Shown here piece by piece: positions 26,730 to 37,722 of a DNA stretch of 38,287 bases. Made by a program: the position numbers and the translations under genes. Where the stretch lies: the UHGV virus genome UHGV-1369766; one strand, given 5' to 3'. The notes under the pieces are model-generated. The model made no database searches. It saw only the letters and a list, made by a program, of their open reading frames with translations, and had not been told where the DNA came from. The stretch is from a virus. Numbering within the stretch: position 1 is the first letter of the stretch; every line of letters starts with the position of its first letter.

Positions 26730-26918
26730 ATGGCACGAACAATGCTCTATAAGCCTGGCAACATGATCACCTGTGGTCAGTTTGCTGTCGATTACATCAT
26801 TGTTGATGACGAAGAAGTTAAATCTCACCTGAAAAAAGGTTGGGTAAAAACTCCTGAAGAAACCGCAACGAAGCAAAAAGTGGCTAAGGCGGAAGAAGAT
26901 GGCGAAAACGAAGGGTGA
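26730..26918 (+). CDS. Hypothetical small protein
   Basis: 62 aa from the ATG at 26730 (GGGAGAAG RBS); lies between the coat terminator and the gp4-like gene. Confidence 0.4.
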   Translation: MARTMLYKPGNMITCGQFAVDYIIVDDEEVKSHLKKGWVKTPEETATKQKVAKAEEDGENEG

Positions 26919-27360
26919 TCTCGTTCTTAAGGCTTTACGAAAAGCCGGGCTGTATTCCAATGCCACGTTGACAGATGCCGACCCTCAGGCAATTGAAGAT
27001 GCCATTAATGACCTCGAAGACATGATGGCAGCATGGCAGGCTAAAGGTATCGAGCTTGGGTATCAGTTTGCTGATACAGAAAACGGCATCATGCCGTTAC
27101 CTGACGATGATTCAGGTATCCCTGCATGGGCAAATGATGGCGTCGCTTTGAAACTCGCTGTGCAAGTGTGCATGGATAACGTCATTCAGCCGTCAGACGC
27201 TCTCCTTACCGCTGCTGACAGTGCATATCAGACAATCTGTATCGCTTTAACCAAAATACCACCACTTGAGCGGCGAAATGACATGCCTCGCGGTAGTGGT
27301 AACAAAAGCGCGTTTACGTGGAATCGGTTTTACATCGAGAAAGATGATCCGAGTACGTGA
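26899..27360 (+). CDS. Head completion / tail accessory protein (P22 gp4-like)
   Basis: N-terminus ...KTKGDLV..ALRK.G...ATLTD..PQ...DA..DLE.MMA.W resembles P22 gp4 as recalled; C-terminal ...MPRGSGN... also conserved. Confidence 0.8.
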   Translation: MAKTKGDLVLKALRKAGLYSNATLTDADPQAIEDAINDLEDMMAAWQAKGIELGYQFADTENGIMPLPDDDSGIPAWANDGVALKLAVQVCMDNVIQPSDALLTAADSAYQTICIALTKIPPLERRNDMPRGSGNKSAFTWNRFYIEKDDPST

Positions 27361-27369
27361 GGTGAATAA

Positions 27370-28788
27370 ATGCCGATTCAGCAACTTCCGCTTATGAAAG
27401 GTGTCGGCAAAGACTTTCGAAACGCCGACTATATCGACTATCTGCCAGTGAATATGCTGGCTACACCAAAAGAAATCCTTAACAGCAGCGGATATCTTCG
27501 CTCATTCCCTGGCATTGCCAAACGTTCTGATGTGAACGGTATATCGCGCGGCGTCGAGTACAACATGGCGCAGAGTGCTGTATATCGCGTGTGTGGGGGC
27601 AAGCTGTATAAGGGCGAAAGCGAAGTCGGTGATGTTGCCGGAAGTGGTCGTGTATCAATGGCGCATGGTCGGACATCTCAGGCTGTAGGCGTTAATGGTC
27701 AACTGGTCGAGTATCGCTATGATGGCACGGTTAAAACCGTCTCAAACTGGCCTACTGATAGCGGATTCACTCAGTATGAGTTAGGTTCAGTCCGCGACAT
27801 TACACGCTTACGTGGGCGTTATGCGTGGTCAAAAGACGGCACGGATTCATGGTTTATCACTGACCTTGAAGACGAATCGCATCCTGACCGTTACAGCGCA
27901 CAATATCGCGCAGAATCGCAGCCGGACGGTATCCTCGGCATCGGAACATGGCGAGACTTCATCGTCTGCTTTGGTTCATCGACGATTGAATATTTTTCCC
28001 TGACTGGGGCAACCACCGTTGGTGCCGCTTTGTATGTCGCACAGCCATCACTGATGGTGCAGAAAGGCATTGCCGGGACTTACTGCAAAACGCCATTCGC
28101 TGATTCTTATGCGTTCATCAGCAATCCGGCAACAGGTGCGCCGTCTGTGTACATCATCGGTTCCGGTCAGGTATCACCAATCGCCAGCGCGAGCATTGAG
28201 AAAATACTACGCTCCTACACTGCTGATGAACTGGCTGATGGCGTGATGGAGTCTCTGCGATTTGATGCGCATGAGTTGCTGATTATCCACCTTCCGCGCC
28301 ATGTTCTCGTGTACGACGCATCTTCAAGCGCCAATGGTCCGCAATGGTGTGTACTGAAAACAGGCCTGTATGACGATGTGTACCGCGCTATCGACTTCAT
28401 TTACGAAGGCAACCAAATAACGTGCGGCGATAAGCTTGAATCGATGACAGGGAAATTGCAGTTCGATATCAGCAGCCAGTACGACAAGCAACAGGAACAC
28501 CTGCTGTTTACTCCGTTGTTCAAAGCGGATAACGCCAGAGTGTTCGACCTTGAGGTTGAATCGTCAACTGGCGTTGCGCAGTACGCCGACCGCCTGTTCC
28601 TCTCTGCAACCACTGACGGAATCAATTACGGACGTGAGCAGATGATTGAGCAGAATGAACCGTTCGTTTACGACAAGCGCGTTTTGTGGAAGCGAGTCGG
28701 GCGCATCAGGAAAAATGTCGGCTTCAAATTGCGCGTTATCACGAAGTCACCTGTAACTCTGTCTGGCTGCCAGATAAGGATTGAGTAA
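27370..28788 (+). CDS. Tail accessory protein (P22 gp10-like)
   Basis: 472 aa, same length and order as P22 gp10; strong RBS. Confidence 0.8.
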   Translation: MPIQQLPLMKGVGKDFRNADYIDYLPVNMLATPKEILNSSGYLRSFPGIAKRSDVNGISRGVEYNMAQSAVYRVCGGKLYKGESEVGDVAGSGRVSMAHGRTSQAVGVNGQLVEYRYDGTVKTVSNWPTDSGFTQYELGSVRDITRLRGRYAWSKDGTDSWFITDLEDESHPDRYSAQYRAESQPDGILGIGTWRDFIVCFGSSTIEYFSLTGATTVGAALYVAQPSLMVQKGIAGTYCKTPFADSYAFISNPATGAPSVYIIGSGQVSPIASASIEKILRSYTADELADGVMESLRFDAHELLIIHLPRHVLVYDASSSANGPQWCVLKTGLYDDVYRAIDFIYEGNQITCGDKLESMTGKLQFDISSQYDKQQEHLLFTPLFKADNARVFDLEVESSTGVAQYADRLFLSATTDGINYGREQMIEQNEPFVYDKRVLWKRVGRIRKNVGFKLRVITKSPVTLSGCQIRIE

Positions 28789-29741
28789 TGGCTGATTCTA
28801 ATCTCAATGAGCCGGTAATCATCCAGGCTACGCGGCTCGATACATCAGTCCTTCCACGCAATATCTTCTCGCAGTCATATCTGCTGTACGTTATCGCACA
28901 GGGCACTGATGTTGGTAACGTGGCTAACAAAGCCAACGAGGCCGGACAGGGCGCTTATGATGCACAGGTCAGGAACGATGAGCAGGATGTCACCCTTGCA
29001 GACCATGAATCCAGAATTGAAGCTGCTGAAGCAACTCTCATCAATCATGAACATAGAATTGCAGCAGCGGAAAGCACTCTTGCAGATCATGAAACAAGGA
29101 TTACGGCTGCTGAAACAGAACTGGCTGATCACGAGACGCGAATTGCTGCCAATGAATCTGAGTTAGCAAACCATGATGCGCGCATAACTCAGAATACAAC
29201 CGATATCGACGCACTTGATACCAGGCTCACAGCGGCAGAGGGAAGTATTTCGACGCTACAAAGCACAGTTGGTGATCACTCAACAAGAATATCTGCGCTT
29301 GAGTATGCCACCACGCGCAAGAAATCAGAGGTTGTTTACTCAGGGGTATCGGTAACAATTCCGACAGCGCCTACCAACCTTGTTAGCCTGCTGAAAACGC
29401 TCACGCCGTCATCCGGCACGTTGGCACCATTCTTCGACACCGTTAACAACAAGATGGTTGTGTTCAACGAGAACAAAACCTTGTTCTTCAAGCTGTCGAT
29501 CGTCGGGACGTGGCCCAGCGGAACCGCCAACAGGTCAATGCAGCTAACATTTTCCGGTTCTGTTCCTGACACGTTGGTAAGCAGTCGCAACTCGGCGACA
29601 ACAACCGATAACATCTTGTTAGCTACGTTCTTCAGCGTGGATAAAGACGGATTTCTTGCCACAAATGGCAGTACGTTAACCATCCAGTCAAATGGTGCGG
29701 CGTTTACTGCCACAACCATCAAGATAATCGCGGAGCAGTAA
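28788..29741 (+). CDS. Tail needle protein (P22 gp26-like) with extended C-terminal domain
   Basis: N-terminal ~60 aa ([43 protein letters not shown]...[16 protein letters not shown]) parallels P22 gp26; followed by heptad-like ADHE(S/T)RI.AAE repeats; 317 aa versus ~233 aa for P22 gp26. Confidence 0.85.
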   Translation: MADSNLNEPVIIQATRLDTSVLPRNIFSQSYLLYVIAQGTDVGNVANKANEAGQGAYDAQVRNDEQDVTLADHESRIEAAEATLINHEHRIAAAESTLADHETRITAAETELADHETRIAANESELANHDARITQNTTDIDALDTRLTAAEGSISTLQSTVGDHSTRISALEYATTRKKSEVVYSGVSVTIPTAPTNLVSLLKTLTPSSGTLAPFFDTVNNKMVVFNENKTLFFKLSIVGTWPSGTANRSMQLTFSGSVPDTLVSSRNSATTTDNILLATFFSVDKDGFLATNGSTLTIQSNGAAFTATTIKIIAEQ

Positions 29742-30196
29742 TGATTCAGTTCAAACCAACGCGAAACATCGACCTGATCGAAGCAGTCGGAAATCACCCT
29801 GACATTATTGCCGGAAGCAACAACGGTGATGGATACGACTACAAACCTGATTGCCGTTACTTTGAGGTGAACGTGCACGGGCAGTTCGGCGGCATTGTTT
29901 ACTATCAGGAGATTCAGCCGCTGACATTCGATTGCCACGCCATGTACCTGCCAGAGATTCGCGGCTTCAGCAAGGAAATCGGGCTGGCGTTCTGGCGATA
30001 CATTCTGACTAACACCACCGTTCAGTGCGTCACATCGTTCGCCGCACGCAAATTCCGCCACGGGCAGATTTACTGCGCAATGATTGGCCTTAAGCGTGTC
30101 GGAACTATCAAGAAATACTTTAAAGGCGTGGATGACGTGACGTTTTACAGCGCCACACGCGAAGAACTAATCGACTTCCTGAATCACGGGAGATAG
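29741..30196 (+). CDS. P22 gp14-like head/ejection-associated protein
   Basis: 151 aa; gene order after the needle matches the P22 gene 14 position; start overlaps the upstream stop. Confidence 0.65.
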   Translation: MIQFKPTRNIDLIEAVGNHPDIIAGSNNGDGYDYKPDCRYFEVNVHGQFGGIVYYQEIQPLTFDCHAMYLPEIRGFSKEIGLAFWRYILTNTTVQCVTSFAARKFRHGQIYCAMIGLKRVGTIKKYFKGVDDVTFYSATREELIDFLNHGR

Positions 30197-30198
30197 CC

Positions 30199-30891
30199 AT
30201 GTTATATGCATTTAAGCTGGGCAGAAAACTGCGCGGCGAGGAACCTTATTGCCCTGAAAAAGGCGGGAAAGGTGGCAGTTCTGATAAAAGCGCAAAGTAT
30301 GCAGCAGAAGCTCAGAAGTATGCCGCAGACCTGCAAAATCAGCAGTGGCAGACGATCATGAAAAACCTTGCTCCGTTCACGCCTCTTGCGGAGCAGTATG
30401 TTAACCAGCTTCAGAACCTTTCCAGTTTAGAAGGTCAGGGGCAGGCACTTAATCAGTATTACAACTCTCAGCAGTATAAAGACCTTGCAGGTCAGGCTCG
30501 TTACCAGAGTCTTGCTGCTGCGGAGGCTACGGGAGGACTTGGCTCGACAGCCACAAGCAATCAACTGGCTACGATCGCGCCGACTCTCGGTCAGTCTTGG
30601 TTATCAAACCAGATGAGCAATTACAACAATCTGGCAAACGTTGGGCTTGGTGCTCTGCAAGGTCAGGCAAACGCCGGGCAGACGTACGCCAACAACATGA
30701 GCAGCATTGCACAGCAAAGCGCAGCTCTTGCCGCTGCTAATGCCAACAAACCATCAAGTCTTCAGACAGCAATTAGTGGCGGAACGTCTGGTGCGATTGC
30801 CGGTGCAGGTCTTGCCAGCCTTTTGGGAACATCAACACCTTGGGGCGCTGGCATTGGTGCTGGTATCGGATTGCTTGGCTCGTTGTTTTAA
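30199..30891 (+). CDS. Ejection protein (P22 gp7-like)
   Basis: 230 aa; order and size as P22 gp7; Gly/Ala-rich C-terminal hydrophobic segment. Confidence 0.75.
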   Translation: MLYAFKLGRKLRGEEPYCPEKGGKGGSSDKSAKYAAEAQKYAADLQNQQWQTIMKNLAPFTPLAEQYVNQLQNLSSLEGQGQALNQYYNSQQYKDLAGQARYQSLAAAEATGGLGSTATSNQLATIAPTLGQSWLSNQMSNYNNLANVGLGALQGQANAGQTYANNMSSIAQQSAALAAANANKPSSLQTAISGGTSGAIAGAGLASLLGTSTPWGAGIGAGIGLLGSLF

Positions 30892-30900
30892 GGGGTAATC

Positions 30901-32289
30901 ATGGCTACTTGGCAAGGATCAAATGGCGGATTGTTGGCTGGTATCGGCGGCGTCAACTCAAACGCTCCGAGCGTAAATGACATCGGCAATACGCTTCAGC
31001 TTATCAGGCAGAACAATGATATTGAGCGTTCAGGCGCTAACAATGTTGGGCTGACTGCTTTGCAAGGCCTTTCAGGTATTGCGGGGGTGTTTCAGCAGGA
31101 AAAGCAGGCTCAGCGGCAGAAAGAATTTCAGCAGGCATACGCTAATGCTTATGCTTCTGGTGATCGCGGTGCTTTGCGTCAGTTGGCTACTCAATATCCA
31201 GACCAGATTGAATCCGTTCGTAAAGGCATGGGATTCATTGATGAAGACCAGCGTAATTCTATCGGTACATTAGCGGCTGGCGCACGTCTTGCGTCATCTT
31301 CTCCAGAAGCAATGCAATCATGGCTGCAAAACAACGCCAATGAGCTGGCGCGCGTCGGTGTTGACCCTAACAACGTTGCTCAGATGTATCAGCAGAATCC
31401 TTCAGGGTTTGGTGAGTTTGTTGATCACCTTGGGATGGCTGCTCTCGGTCCGATTGACTACTTCAATGTTCAGGACAAGATGGCAGGTCGTGAGATTGAC
31501 CGAGGCAGGCTGGCAGAGACAATCCGCAGCAATCAGGCTGGCGAGGCGCTAACAGCACGAGGCCAGAACATCACGATGCGCGGTCAGGACTTATCTGCTT
31601 CTACTGCGAGACGCGGGCAGGATTTGGCAATGCAGCGAGCGTCAACAAGAGGAACCGCTGGGAATGATGAGCGTACAGTTCAGTTATCAGATGGCAGAAC
31701 TGTAACGGTAGGCGGGAAACTTCACGGCGCTGGGGCTAATGCGTTCTACGAAGGCATCGACAACGAGGGGAATATGGTTCGCGTTCCTGCCAGTTCAATC
31801 GCAGCGCCTGCAACATCGTCTGCATCAGCACAAAACTATGCCATGAAGAAGGATATCGACGCGATCGCAAATGCAGATGCTTCTGCTCTCGATTTCATGA
31901 CAGGAATGACCGGCGGCGCAGGTAACCCGGCAATTGGTGCTGATGTTCGCAGCCGATTAACAGGAAAAGAGCAGCGCCAGTTATATAACTCAGCACAACG
32001 TATTCAGGGAAGAATGCAGAATCAGGGCGTGGCGGCAGCAAGGGACATGGGTGCCAGTGGTATTAACACCGTTGCAGAAGCGAAGATGTATTTTCAGGGG
32101 ATGCCGCAGGTTGACTATTCAAGCCCGGAGGCTATGCAGCAGTCGATTCGTGAGATTCAGGAATACACCAACAATTACAACCAACAATATAACGTTAATG
32201 TTGGTAAATCTCAGCGGCAGCAATCTCAACCTGCACAGGTATCACAGCCAGCAGCCAGCAGTAACTTTTCTTCACTATGGGGTGATTAA
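30901..32289 (+). CDS. Ejection protein (P22 gp20-like)
   Basis: 462 aa; order and size as P22 gp20. Confidence 0.75.
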   Translation: MATWQGSNGGLLAGIGGVNSNAPSVNDIGNTLQLIRQNNDIERSGANNVGLTALQGLSGIAGVFQQEKQAQRQKEFQQAYANAYASGDRGALRQLATQYPDQIESVRKGMGFIDEDQRNSIGTLAAGARLASSSPEAMQSWLQNNANELARVGVDPNNVAQMYQQNPSGFGEFVDHLGMAALGPIDYFNVQDKMAGREIDRGRLAETIRSNQAGEALTARGQNITMRGQDLSASTARRGQDLAMQRASTRGTAGNDERTVQLSDGRTVTVGGKLHGAGANAFYEGIDNEGNMVRVPASSIAAPATSSASAQNYAMKKDIDAIANADASALDFMTGMTGGAGNPAIGADVRSRLTGKEQRQLYNSAQRIQGRMQNQGVAAARDMGASGINTVAEAKMYFQGMPQVDYSSPEAMQQSIREIQEYTNNYNQQYNVNVGKSQRQQSQPAQVSQPAASSNFSSLWGD

Positions 32290-34286
32290 TGGCTAAAGCA
32301 TGGAAAGATGTTATCGCCTCTCCACAGTATCAGGCGTTAGCACCAGAACAAAAAGCGCAGGCTCAGGAGCAATACTTCAATGAAGTCGTGGCCCCGCAAG
32401 CTGGAGAAAATGCAGAGCAGGCTAAGCAAGCTTTCTATGCTGCCTATCCATTGCCATCTGCGCAGCCAGTTGATACACAGCAACCAGTAGCACAGCAACA
32501 ACCACAGCAAAGTGGATTTATGTCTGATCTTGGTGAAGCAGTGAAAGAGACTGGTCGCGGACTGGTGCAGGCTGGCGTGAACGTGGCAAACATACCTGCA
32601 TCAGTTGCCGATGCTGTAACGAGCGCGGCGGCTTGGGCTGGCGGTAAACTCGGCATTGGCGATGGGACATATCAACCAGCGCCACGAGTAACAACGCAGG
32701 GATTAGAGCAGGACTTTGGCCTTCAGCAAGGCGCGCTGACTCCACAAACGACAGAGGGAAGGGTATTTGCTGAAGCATTGCCTTACCTCACTCCTGCTGG
32801 CGTTGAGAGAGCAGCAACACAGGCACCAACACTTGCTGGTCGAATTGCTCAGGGGGCAACACGACTTCTCGCAGAAAACGCAGTTGGATCACTTGCTGCA
32901 AATAGTGCGAAAGATGATGCGGAAGCACTCGCCACCGATTTAGGCGTTGGTGTGCTGGCTGGCGGTGCTATTAACGCTGCCGGACGTGGATTAGGTGCTG
33001 CTTATCGTGGCGTTCGTGGTGCTATTGCGCCAGAAGCGCAGCAGGCTATCAGATTTGCAGAGCGTGAAGGAGTTCCTCTGCACACCACAGACCTGTTACA
33101 GCCTACTTCCCGCGTCGGGAAAATGGCGCAGACTACAGCAGAAAATATCCCCCTGGCTGGCACAAGCGGAATGAGAGCAACGCAACAGGAAGCGAGAAGC
33201 CAGTTGGTGCAGAGATTTGCTGATAAATTCGGTGAGTATGATCCAGCTGTTGTTATTGACAGCCTTAAAGCGAAAACATCAGGAATTCGTCGTGCTGCAG
33301 GGAACCGTCTTGAGCAGGTTCAGAATGCAATGGCAGGAGTCAACATTCAACCTGCACGAGCAATTCAGCAGATTGATACTGAGATATCTAACCTGCAGAA
33401 GCTTGGTAAGGTGGCTGATAACGAGACAATTTCAAAACTTCAATCCTATCGTGATGAGCTTGTTCGCAATGCTGGTCCTGATGGTCCGGTAAATCTGGAT
33501 TTGAAGCAATTAAGCGATCTGCGCAGCCAGTTCAGAATGGACGTGAAGGGTGAGCGACCAGTGTTACCAAACCGTTCCGATGCTGCCATTCAGCGCGTTT
33601 ACAAGGCGATGACCGACGATATCAATGGTGCCATTGGTCAGAATCTTGGCAACGATACTCTCCGTAAATATCAGCAGGCCAATGCCGTCTACGCTGACGA
33701 AGCGGCGAAACTAAAGAATACCCGGCTGAAGAATGTTCTCATGAAAGGCGATCTTACTCCGGAAGTTGTCAACAGCATGCTATTCAGCAAGAACAAATCG
33801 GAAATTAAGACGCTGTACAACTCAGTTGGCCGTGTTGGCAGGGCGCAAATGCGCAATGGCATCATTGGAAAGGCGATGGAGAAATCAGGTGGATCCCCTG
33901 ACCAGTTCCTTCGGCAGCTTAATATCCTGCAAAACCAGACTGGCATCACATTTAAGGGGCAGGACGCTGCTTATCTGAAAGGATTAAAAAACTATCTGCA
34001 ATCCACGCAGCAGGCTACAAAAGCGGCAGTAACAACACCAACAGGGCAGCAAACCATCCCGTTCATTATCGGATATGGGACGGCAATGAACCCGGCGACA
34101 ACTGGCGCAGCAGTAAGCTACGGCCTTCTTGCTCGCGCCTATGAGAGTGAGCCATTCAGAAATGCAATGCTACGAATGGCAAACACACCACACGGATCAA
34201 CAGCGTTTGAGAAAGCCATGCAGCAGGCGCAAAAGGCAATTAACGCTATGACGCAGGGGGCTAAGTCTGAAGCGTTGTCAGAATAG
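32289..34286 (+). CDS. Ejection protein (P22 gp16-like)
   Basis: 665 aa; order and approximate size as P22 gp16; last gene of the plus-strand late block before a strand switch. Confidence 0.75.
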   Translation: MAKAWKDVIASPQYQALAPEQKAQAQEQYFNEVVAPQAGENAEQAKQAFYAAYPLPSAQPVDTQQPVAQQQPQQSGFMSDLGEAVKETGRGLVQAGVNVANIPASVADAVTSAAAWAGGKLGIGDGTYQPAPRVTTQGLEQDFGLQQGALTPQTTEGRVFAEALPYLTPAGVERAATQAPTLAGRIAQGATRLLAENAVGSLAANSAKDDAEALATDLGVGVLAGGAINAAGRGLGAAYRGVRGAIAPEAQQAIRFAEREGVPLHTTDLLQPTSRVGKMAQTTAENIPLAGTSGMRATQQEARSQLVQRFADKFGEYDPAVVIDSLKAKTSGIRRAAGNRLEQVQNAMAGVNIQPARAIQQIDTEISNLQKLGKVADNETISKLQSYRDELVRNAGPDGPVNLDLKQLSDLRSQFRMDVKGERPVLPNRSDAAIQRVYKAMTDDINGAIGQNLGNDTLRKYQQANAVYADEAAKLKNTRLKNVLMKGDLTPEVVNSMLFSKNKSEIKTLYNSVGRVGRAQMRNGIIGKAMEKSGGSPDQFLRQLNILQNQTGITFKGQDAAYLKGLKNYLQSTQQATKAAVTTPTGQQTIPFIIGYGTAMNPATTGAAVSYGLLARAYESEPFRNAMLRMANTPHGSTAFEKAMQQAQKAINAMTQGAKSEALSE

Positions 34287-34376
34287 CTTTTCAAACACCA
34301 GGAACGTGCAAAAACCAAATATGTAGAACGCGAGGTTTATCGTATCCCTCTGCATAGGCGATACCTTTGCTGATTG

Positions 34377-34862
34377 TTATCTGATGTTACTGCTACTGTT
34401 GCATGTGACTGTATTTCCAAACCCTGAATTGCAGTTTGTGTAAGTGTCAACTCGTGTTGGATAGGGTTGAGTTATAACAGGCTGTCTCGCTTTTTGCTCG
34501 ATCGCTTGCATTGTGTTTACAGCCTGATAATTCAATAAAGCCTGCTGGAATGCTTGGCTTTGTGCTATTTGTTGGGCTTGTTCTTGGCTTTGTAATTGAA
34601 CATAAAGATTCTGAAGCTCAAGTCTTGCCTGTGCGTCACTTATCTTGCCTTCATCGACACCTTGCCCGAGCATCTTTGCAGCAAGGACATACAACTTAGG
34701 TGTTGGTGCTGATGCCATGCGTGAGTCGTTCTTCACACTGGCATCAAGGCAATTAGCCATATCGCTAAGCTTTTGATAGCGTTGTTCGCAACTTGCTTGA
34801 TAGTCACTTACTTTTGCGCATCCAACCAGCAGAAGCGGGATAATTAACAGTGATTTTTTCAT
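34377..34862 (-). CDS. Predicted lipoprotein (moron; candidate superinfection-exclusion or lysogenic-conversion factor)
   Basis: 161 aa from the ATG at 34860-34862 (AAGGAGAG RBS); signal peptide with lipobox MKKSLLIIPLLLVGC; Gln-rich mature region; minus strand, AT-rich, in the sieA/immI-equivalent slot between ejection genes and tailspike. Confidence 0.65.
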   Translation of the reverse strand: MKKSLLIIPLLLVGCAKVSDYQASCEQRYQKLSDMANCLDASVKNDSRMASAPTPKLYVLAAKMLGQGVDEGKISDAQARLELQNLYVQLQSQEQAQQIAQSQAFQQALLNYQAVNTMQAIEQKARQPVITQPYPTRVDTYTNCNSGFGNTVTCNSSSNIR

Positions 34863-34932
34863 ATGGTTAACTCTCCTTAGTTTTTCACAGGATATCATGA
34901 AGGCAATGCCATTTTAGCCGGAAACTAGATTT

Positions 34933-35199
34933 CTATGTTTCCTTCTTATTATTGCTATACATGGTCTTAAGCGTATCAAAGACAATTTTCTTAACCATCT
35001 CAGATTGTTGTTCTGCCATACGCTCTGCGTCGTCAATGTAAACAGATGCAGAGCTTTGTTTAGCCAATGATTCTTCAATCGCTGCAATTATCTCTGAGTT
35101 CAGCGACCTGTTATTCATCTTCGCACGCTGTTTAATTTTCGCGTGTAGTTCGTGCGTAAGCCTCAAGTGGAACTGCGCCTCATCGTATTTGCTGTACAT
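34933..35199 (-). CDS. mnt: Mnt-like ribbon-helix-helix repressor
   Basis: 88 aa from the ATG at 35197-35199; RHH core (QFHLRLTHELHAKIKQRAKMNNRSLNSEIIAAIEESL) and C-terminus ...DDAERMAEQQSEMVKKIVFDTLKTMY parallel P22 Mnt (...NDAERLADEQSELVKKMVFDTLKDLY) as recalled. Confidence 0.8.
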   Translation of the reverse strand: MYSKYDEAQFHLRLTHELHAKIKQRAKMNNRSLNSEIIAAIEESLAKQSSASVYIDDAERMAEQQSEMVKKIVFDTLKTMYSNNKKET

Positions 35200-35260
35200 C
35201 CTTGATGCCCTCACCAGTGGGTGGAATGGCATCGTAAAACCTACTGGATAAATCAACAAT

Positions 35261-35277
35261 CATACCATTTCGGTATG
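35261..35277. promoter_or_regulatory. 17-bp perfect palindrome (CATACC-ATTTC-GGTATG), candidate Mnt operator
   Basis: Located in the 135-bp divergent region between the mnt start and the tailspike start. Confidence 0.45.
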
Positions 35278-35334
35278 TAACTATAGCTTACCGCAGCTCT
35301 GCTGTGGGGACTAATTGCGCCCGGAGCACATCAA

Positions 35335-37383
35335 ATGACTAATACCAATTACTTGGTCTCTATGCCGTCCACTCCTTTTTCGGCGCCACGAGCATTTAAA
35401 TCAGTGGCGAATGGGAAAATCTATATCGGAAACCCTGACACTGACCCGGTAAATCCTGCCAACCAAATCCCGGTATATATCGTTAATGAGGATGGCTCCG
35501 AGGTTCAGGTTTCACAGCCAATCATCATTAACGCCGGCGGCTTCCCGGTCTATAACGGCCAGATTATGAAGTTCATCACCAAACAGAACTTCAGTATGGC
35601 GGTTTATGATGCGTATGGAGCACAGCAGTTTTATTGGCCTGATTTATCAGAAATTGACCCATCTGCAATCATAGCCATGCTTTCGACTAGCGAAGGATCT
35701 GGAATGATTGGATGGGCGCGAAATTATTCTTGCGAGCTTGCAGCTACTGTTTCCGTATTTCTATCTGCACAAAAGATTAATTTATGGGAATATCGACATC
35801 TGGCGCTCGATACTATTGTTGATGGGGCTGAAGTCGTTGACTGGACACCCGCCATGATTCAGGCGCTGGTTGATGGTGCAAAATATAAGCGGCAGGTTTA
35901 TGCACCAGGCGGGAGATATTACTTTCAGAAAATGCCTGAGTTTGTAAATTTGGATTCCTCCGGTTCAACAACAAACATGTCCATGTATTCGCTGGTTGGT
36001 GACGGACACGATAAAACTATTTTCTGGACAGACAGTCTGGTTGGCAAGGAAATGCATTTCAGTACATGCCGCTTTTATTTTGATAAATTTAGTGTGCAGC
36101 GCGTGCTACAGGGGGATGATGCCGCATACCGGGATAGCAAGATACCCCTCATGCAGCTTGGACGCAGTACTGACATCTCTGCGGCCAGGCTCGGTTATAT
36201 GGGGGATGTACGCTTCAACGGCAGTCCGTGGGGTCTGAACATAGAGCACTGCTGGGACTCAATTTTCCAGGATGTCATTGTCCATAATTTCCAGACATCA
36301 GGCATTCGCATAGGCATGCATGATGTAGACAACAGTAATAACCTGTTGTTTATCAGAACACATATTGAAAGCTGTCAGTATAAAGGTGAAAACCTGTGTC
36401 GCGCCTTTGCTGATATGTCATATAAGACTGGTTCGCGGGTAAACCATAACATCACCCTCATTCAGCCGCATATTGAGCCTGTTAATCTGCGTTGCCATAT
36501 TTTTTATTCATCCTATGGAAAAAATATCAAAGTCATCAATCCGGCATTCAACCGAAACAATGGCTCCGTGGATAAAGGGTTATACCTCGACCCTTCTCTC
36601 GCTGCGCCAGCGGTGTACTCGTCGGATGGTGTCAACATCCACATTGATGGTGGTCAGATTCAGCATATCGGGCCACGCAGTGACACCGTTGCTCCCCTGT
36701 TTAAGTTTGTTGGTACGCATAAAGGTTGGCGGTGTGACAGCTACATTGATACCGGGAAGGAGACTTCACGCACTGATTTACTGTCTTCAGTTGACGTTTC
36801 AAGAAGCAATAATGGGTTACGTGAAATTTCATTTAAGGGAGCGACAGTCAACTCATTTACCTCGATGAGCTCTGTAGGCGACAGACTGAGAGTGGCTCCT
36901 TTAAATGACCTGCAAAAAGTATTCGATCTGGTTGCAGAAACCTTCATCCCACCGGGGGAAACGAACACTATCGCACGGATTATTGCGATGTATTCCAACA
37001 CGCAGGATTTATCCACTCCCCAGCAAAAGGCGTGGGATATCACCAGTGCCGGACATGCATCATTTAAGGCGTTGCGCGGTCAGCAGTACATCATTCAGGC
37101 CGGGGCAGTGGCGACGGTTAACGTAGGTGTCGGGGCACTGGAGCGGCGCGGAACTTATCTGATTAGCGGGGCGGAAAACAATAACCAACTTTTTGCGATG
37201 TTCTTTAATGTTCCAGGACAGGCTCCCAGTGAAATTAAAACTGGCTCCAGCGTTAATTTATCAAGAGTGCAACCTGATGCATCTGTCACCGGCAAGCTGT
37301 GTGTGTATCAGAATAATCAATATATCAATCTTGAAAACAGAACCGCATCCGCGGTGACTGTTAACGTCAATTTTTTTGCGTGA
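35335..37383 (+). CDS. Tailspike protein: P22-like N-terminal head-binding domain fused to a divergent receptor-binding domain
   Basis: First ~110 aa (…[47 protein letters not shown]…MAVYDA…) parallel the P22 gp9 N-terminus as recalled; the remaining ~570 aa do not. Confidence 0.9.
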   Translation: MTNTNYLVSMPSTPFSAPRAFKSVANGKIYIGNPDTDPVNPANQIPVYIVNEDGSEVQVSQPIIINAGGFPVYNGQIMKFITKQNFSMAVYDAYGAQQFYWPDLSEIDPSAIIAMLSTSEGSGMIGWARNYSCELAATVSVFLSAQKINLWEYRHLALDTIVDGAEVVDWTPAMIQALVDGAKYKRQVYAPGGRYYFQKMPEFVNLDSSGSTTNMSMYSLVGDGHDKTIFWTDSLVGKEMHFSTCRFYFDKFSVQRVLQGDDAAYRDSKIPLMQLGRSTDISAARLGYMGDVRFNGSPWGLNIEHCWDSIFQDVIVHNFQTSGIRIGMHDVDNSNNLLFIRTHIESCQYKGENLCRAFADMSYKTGSRVNHNITLIQPHIEPVNLRCHIFYSSYGKNIKVINPAFNRNNGSVDKGLYLDPSLAAPAVYSSDGVNIHIDGGQIQHIGPRSDTVAPLFKFVGTHKGWRCDSYIDTGKETSRTDLLSSVDVSRSNNGLREISFKGATVNSFTSMSSVGDRLRVAPLNDLQKVFDLVAETFIPPGETNTIARIIAMYSNTQDLSTPQQKAWDITSAGHASFKALRGQQYIIQAGAVATVNVGVGALERRGTYLISGAENNNQLFAMFFNVPGQAPSEIKTGSSVNLSRVQPDASVTGKLCVYQNNQYINLENRTASAVTVNVNFFA

Positions 37384-37390
37384 GGTGATT

Positions 37391-37630
37391 ATGTCCTTAT
37401 CTTTATACCGCTCAACAAGGACCGTACAGGCTTTAAAGATAGCATCTGTCGCTATAGCTGAAGATTACTCGGCTGTTCTGAAAGATGCTTCAGGTAATGA
37501 GCTTATCGTAAGCGCCGATTATGTTGTGCGGGAAAAACCAAAGGCGGGTGGGTATTATATGAAAAATAATGATGGCTTTGAGGCATTTCTCGATAAAGAA
37601 GTTTTTGAAAGGGATTTCGCTCTCGTCTGA
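37391..37630 (+). CDS. Hypothetical protein
   Basis: 79 aa from the ATG at 37391 (GAGGTGA RBS) directly after the tailspike stop. Confidence 0.45.
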   Translation: MSLSLYRSTRTVQALKIASVAIAEDYSAVLKDASGNELIVSADYVVREKPKAGGYYMKNNDGFEAFLDKEVFERDFALV

Positions 37631-37722
37631 ATACTTGTTTTTCAGATGGCTATTCCTGTCGATTCAAGCTGGTATAGCCATCACTTCAATTCACCTGATT
37701 GTCATCAGGCTAGGTGGATATT

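Noticed and set aside
25855-26742. 295-aa minus-strand ORF antisense to the coat gene (and 26067..26504, 26580..26966)
   Set aside because: Overlaps the strongly supported coat gene on the opposite strand; Cys/Arg-rich translation typical of antisense frames.
10563-29170. Tandem repeats considered as a possible CRISPR array (iterons at 10563-10659; heptad-coding repeats at 28990-29170)
   Set aside because: Both lie inside coding sequences, have units of 11 bp or about 21-36 bp without unique spacers, and are explained as origin iterons and coiled-coil heptads.
29336-30061. 241-aa minus-strand ORF spanning the needle and gp14-like genes
   Set aside because: Crosses two collinear plus-strand genes with conserved order; no start context.
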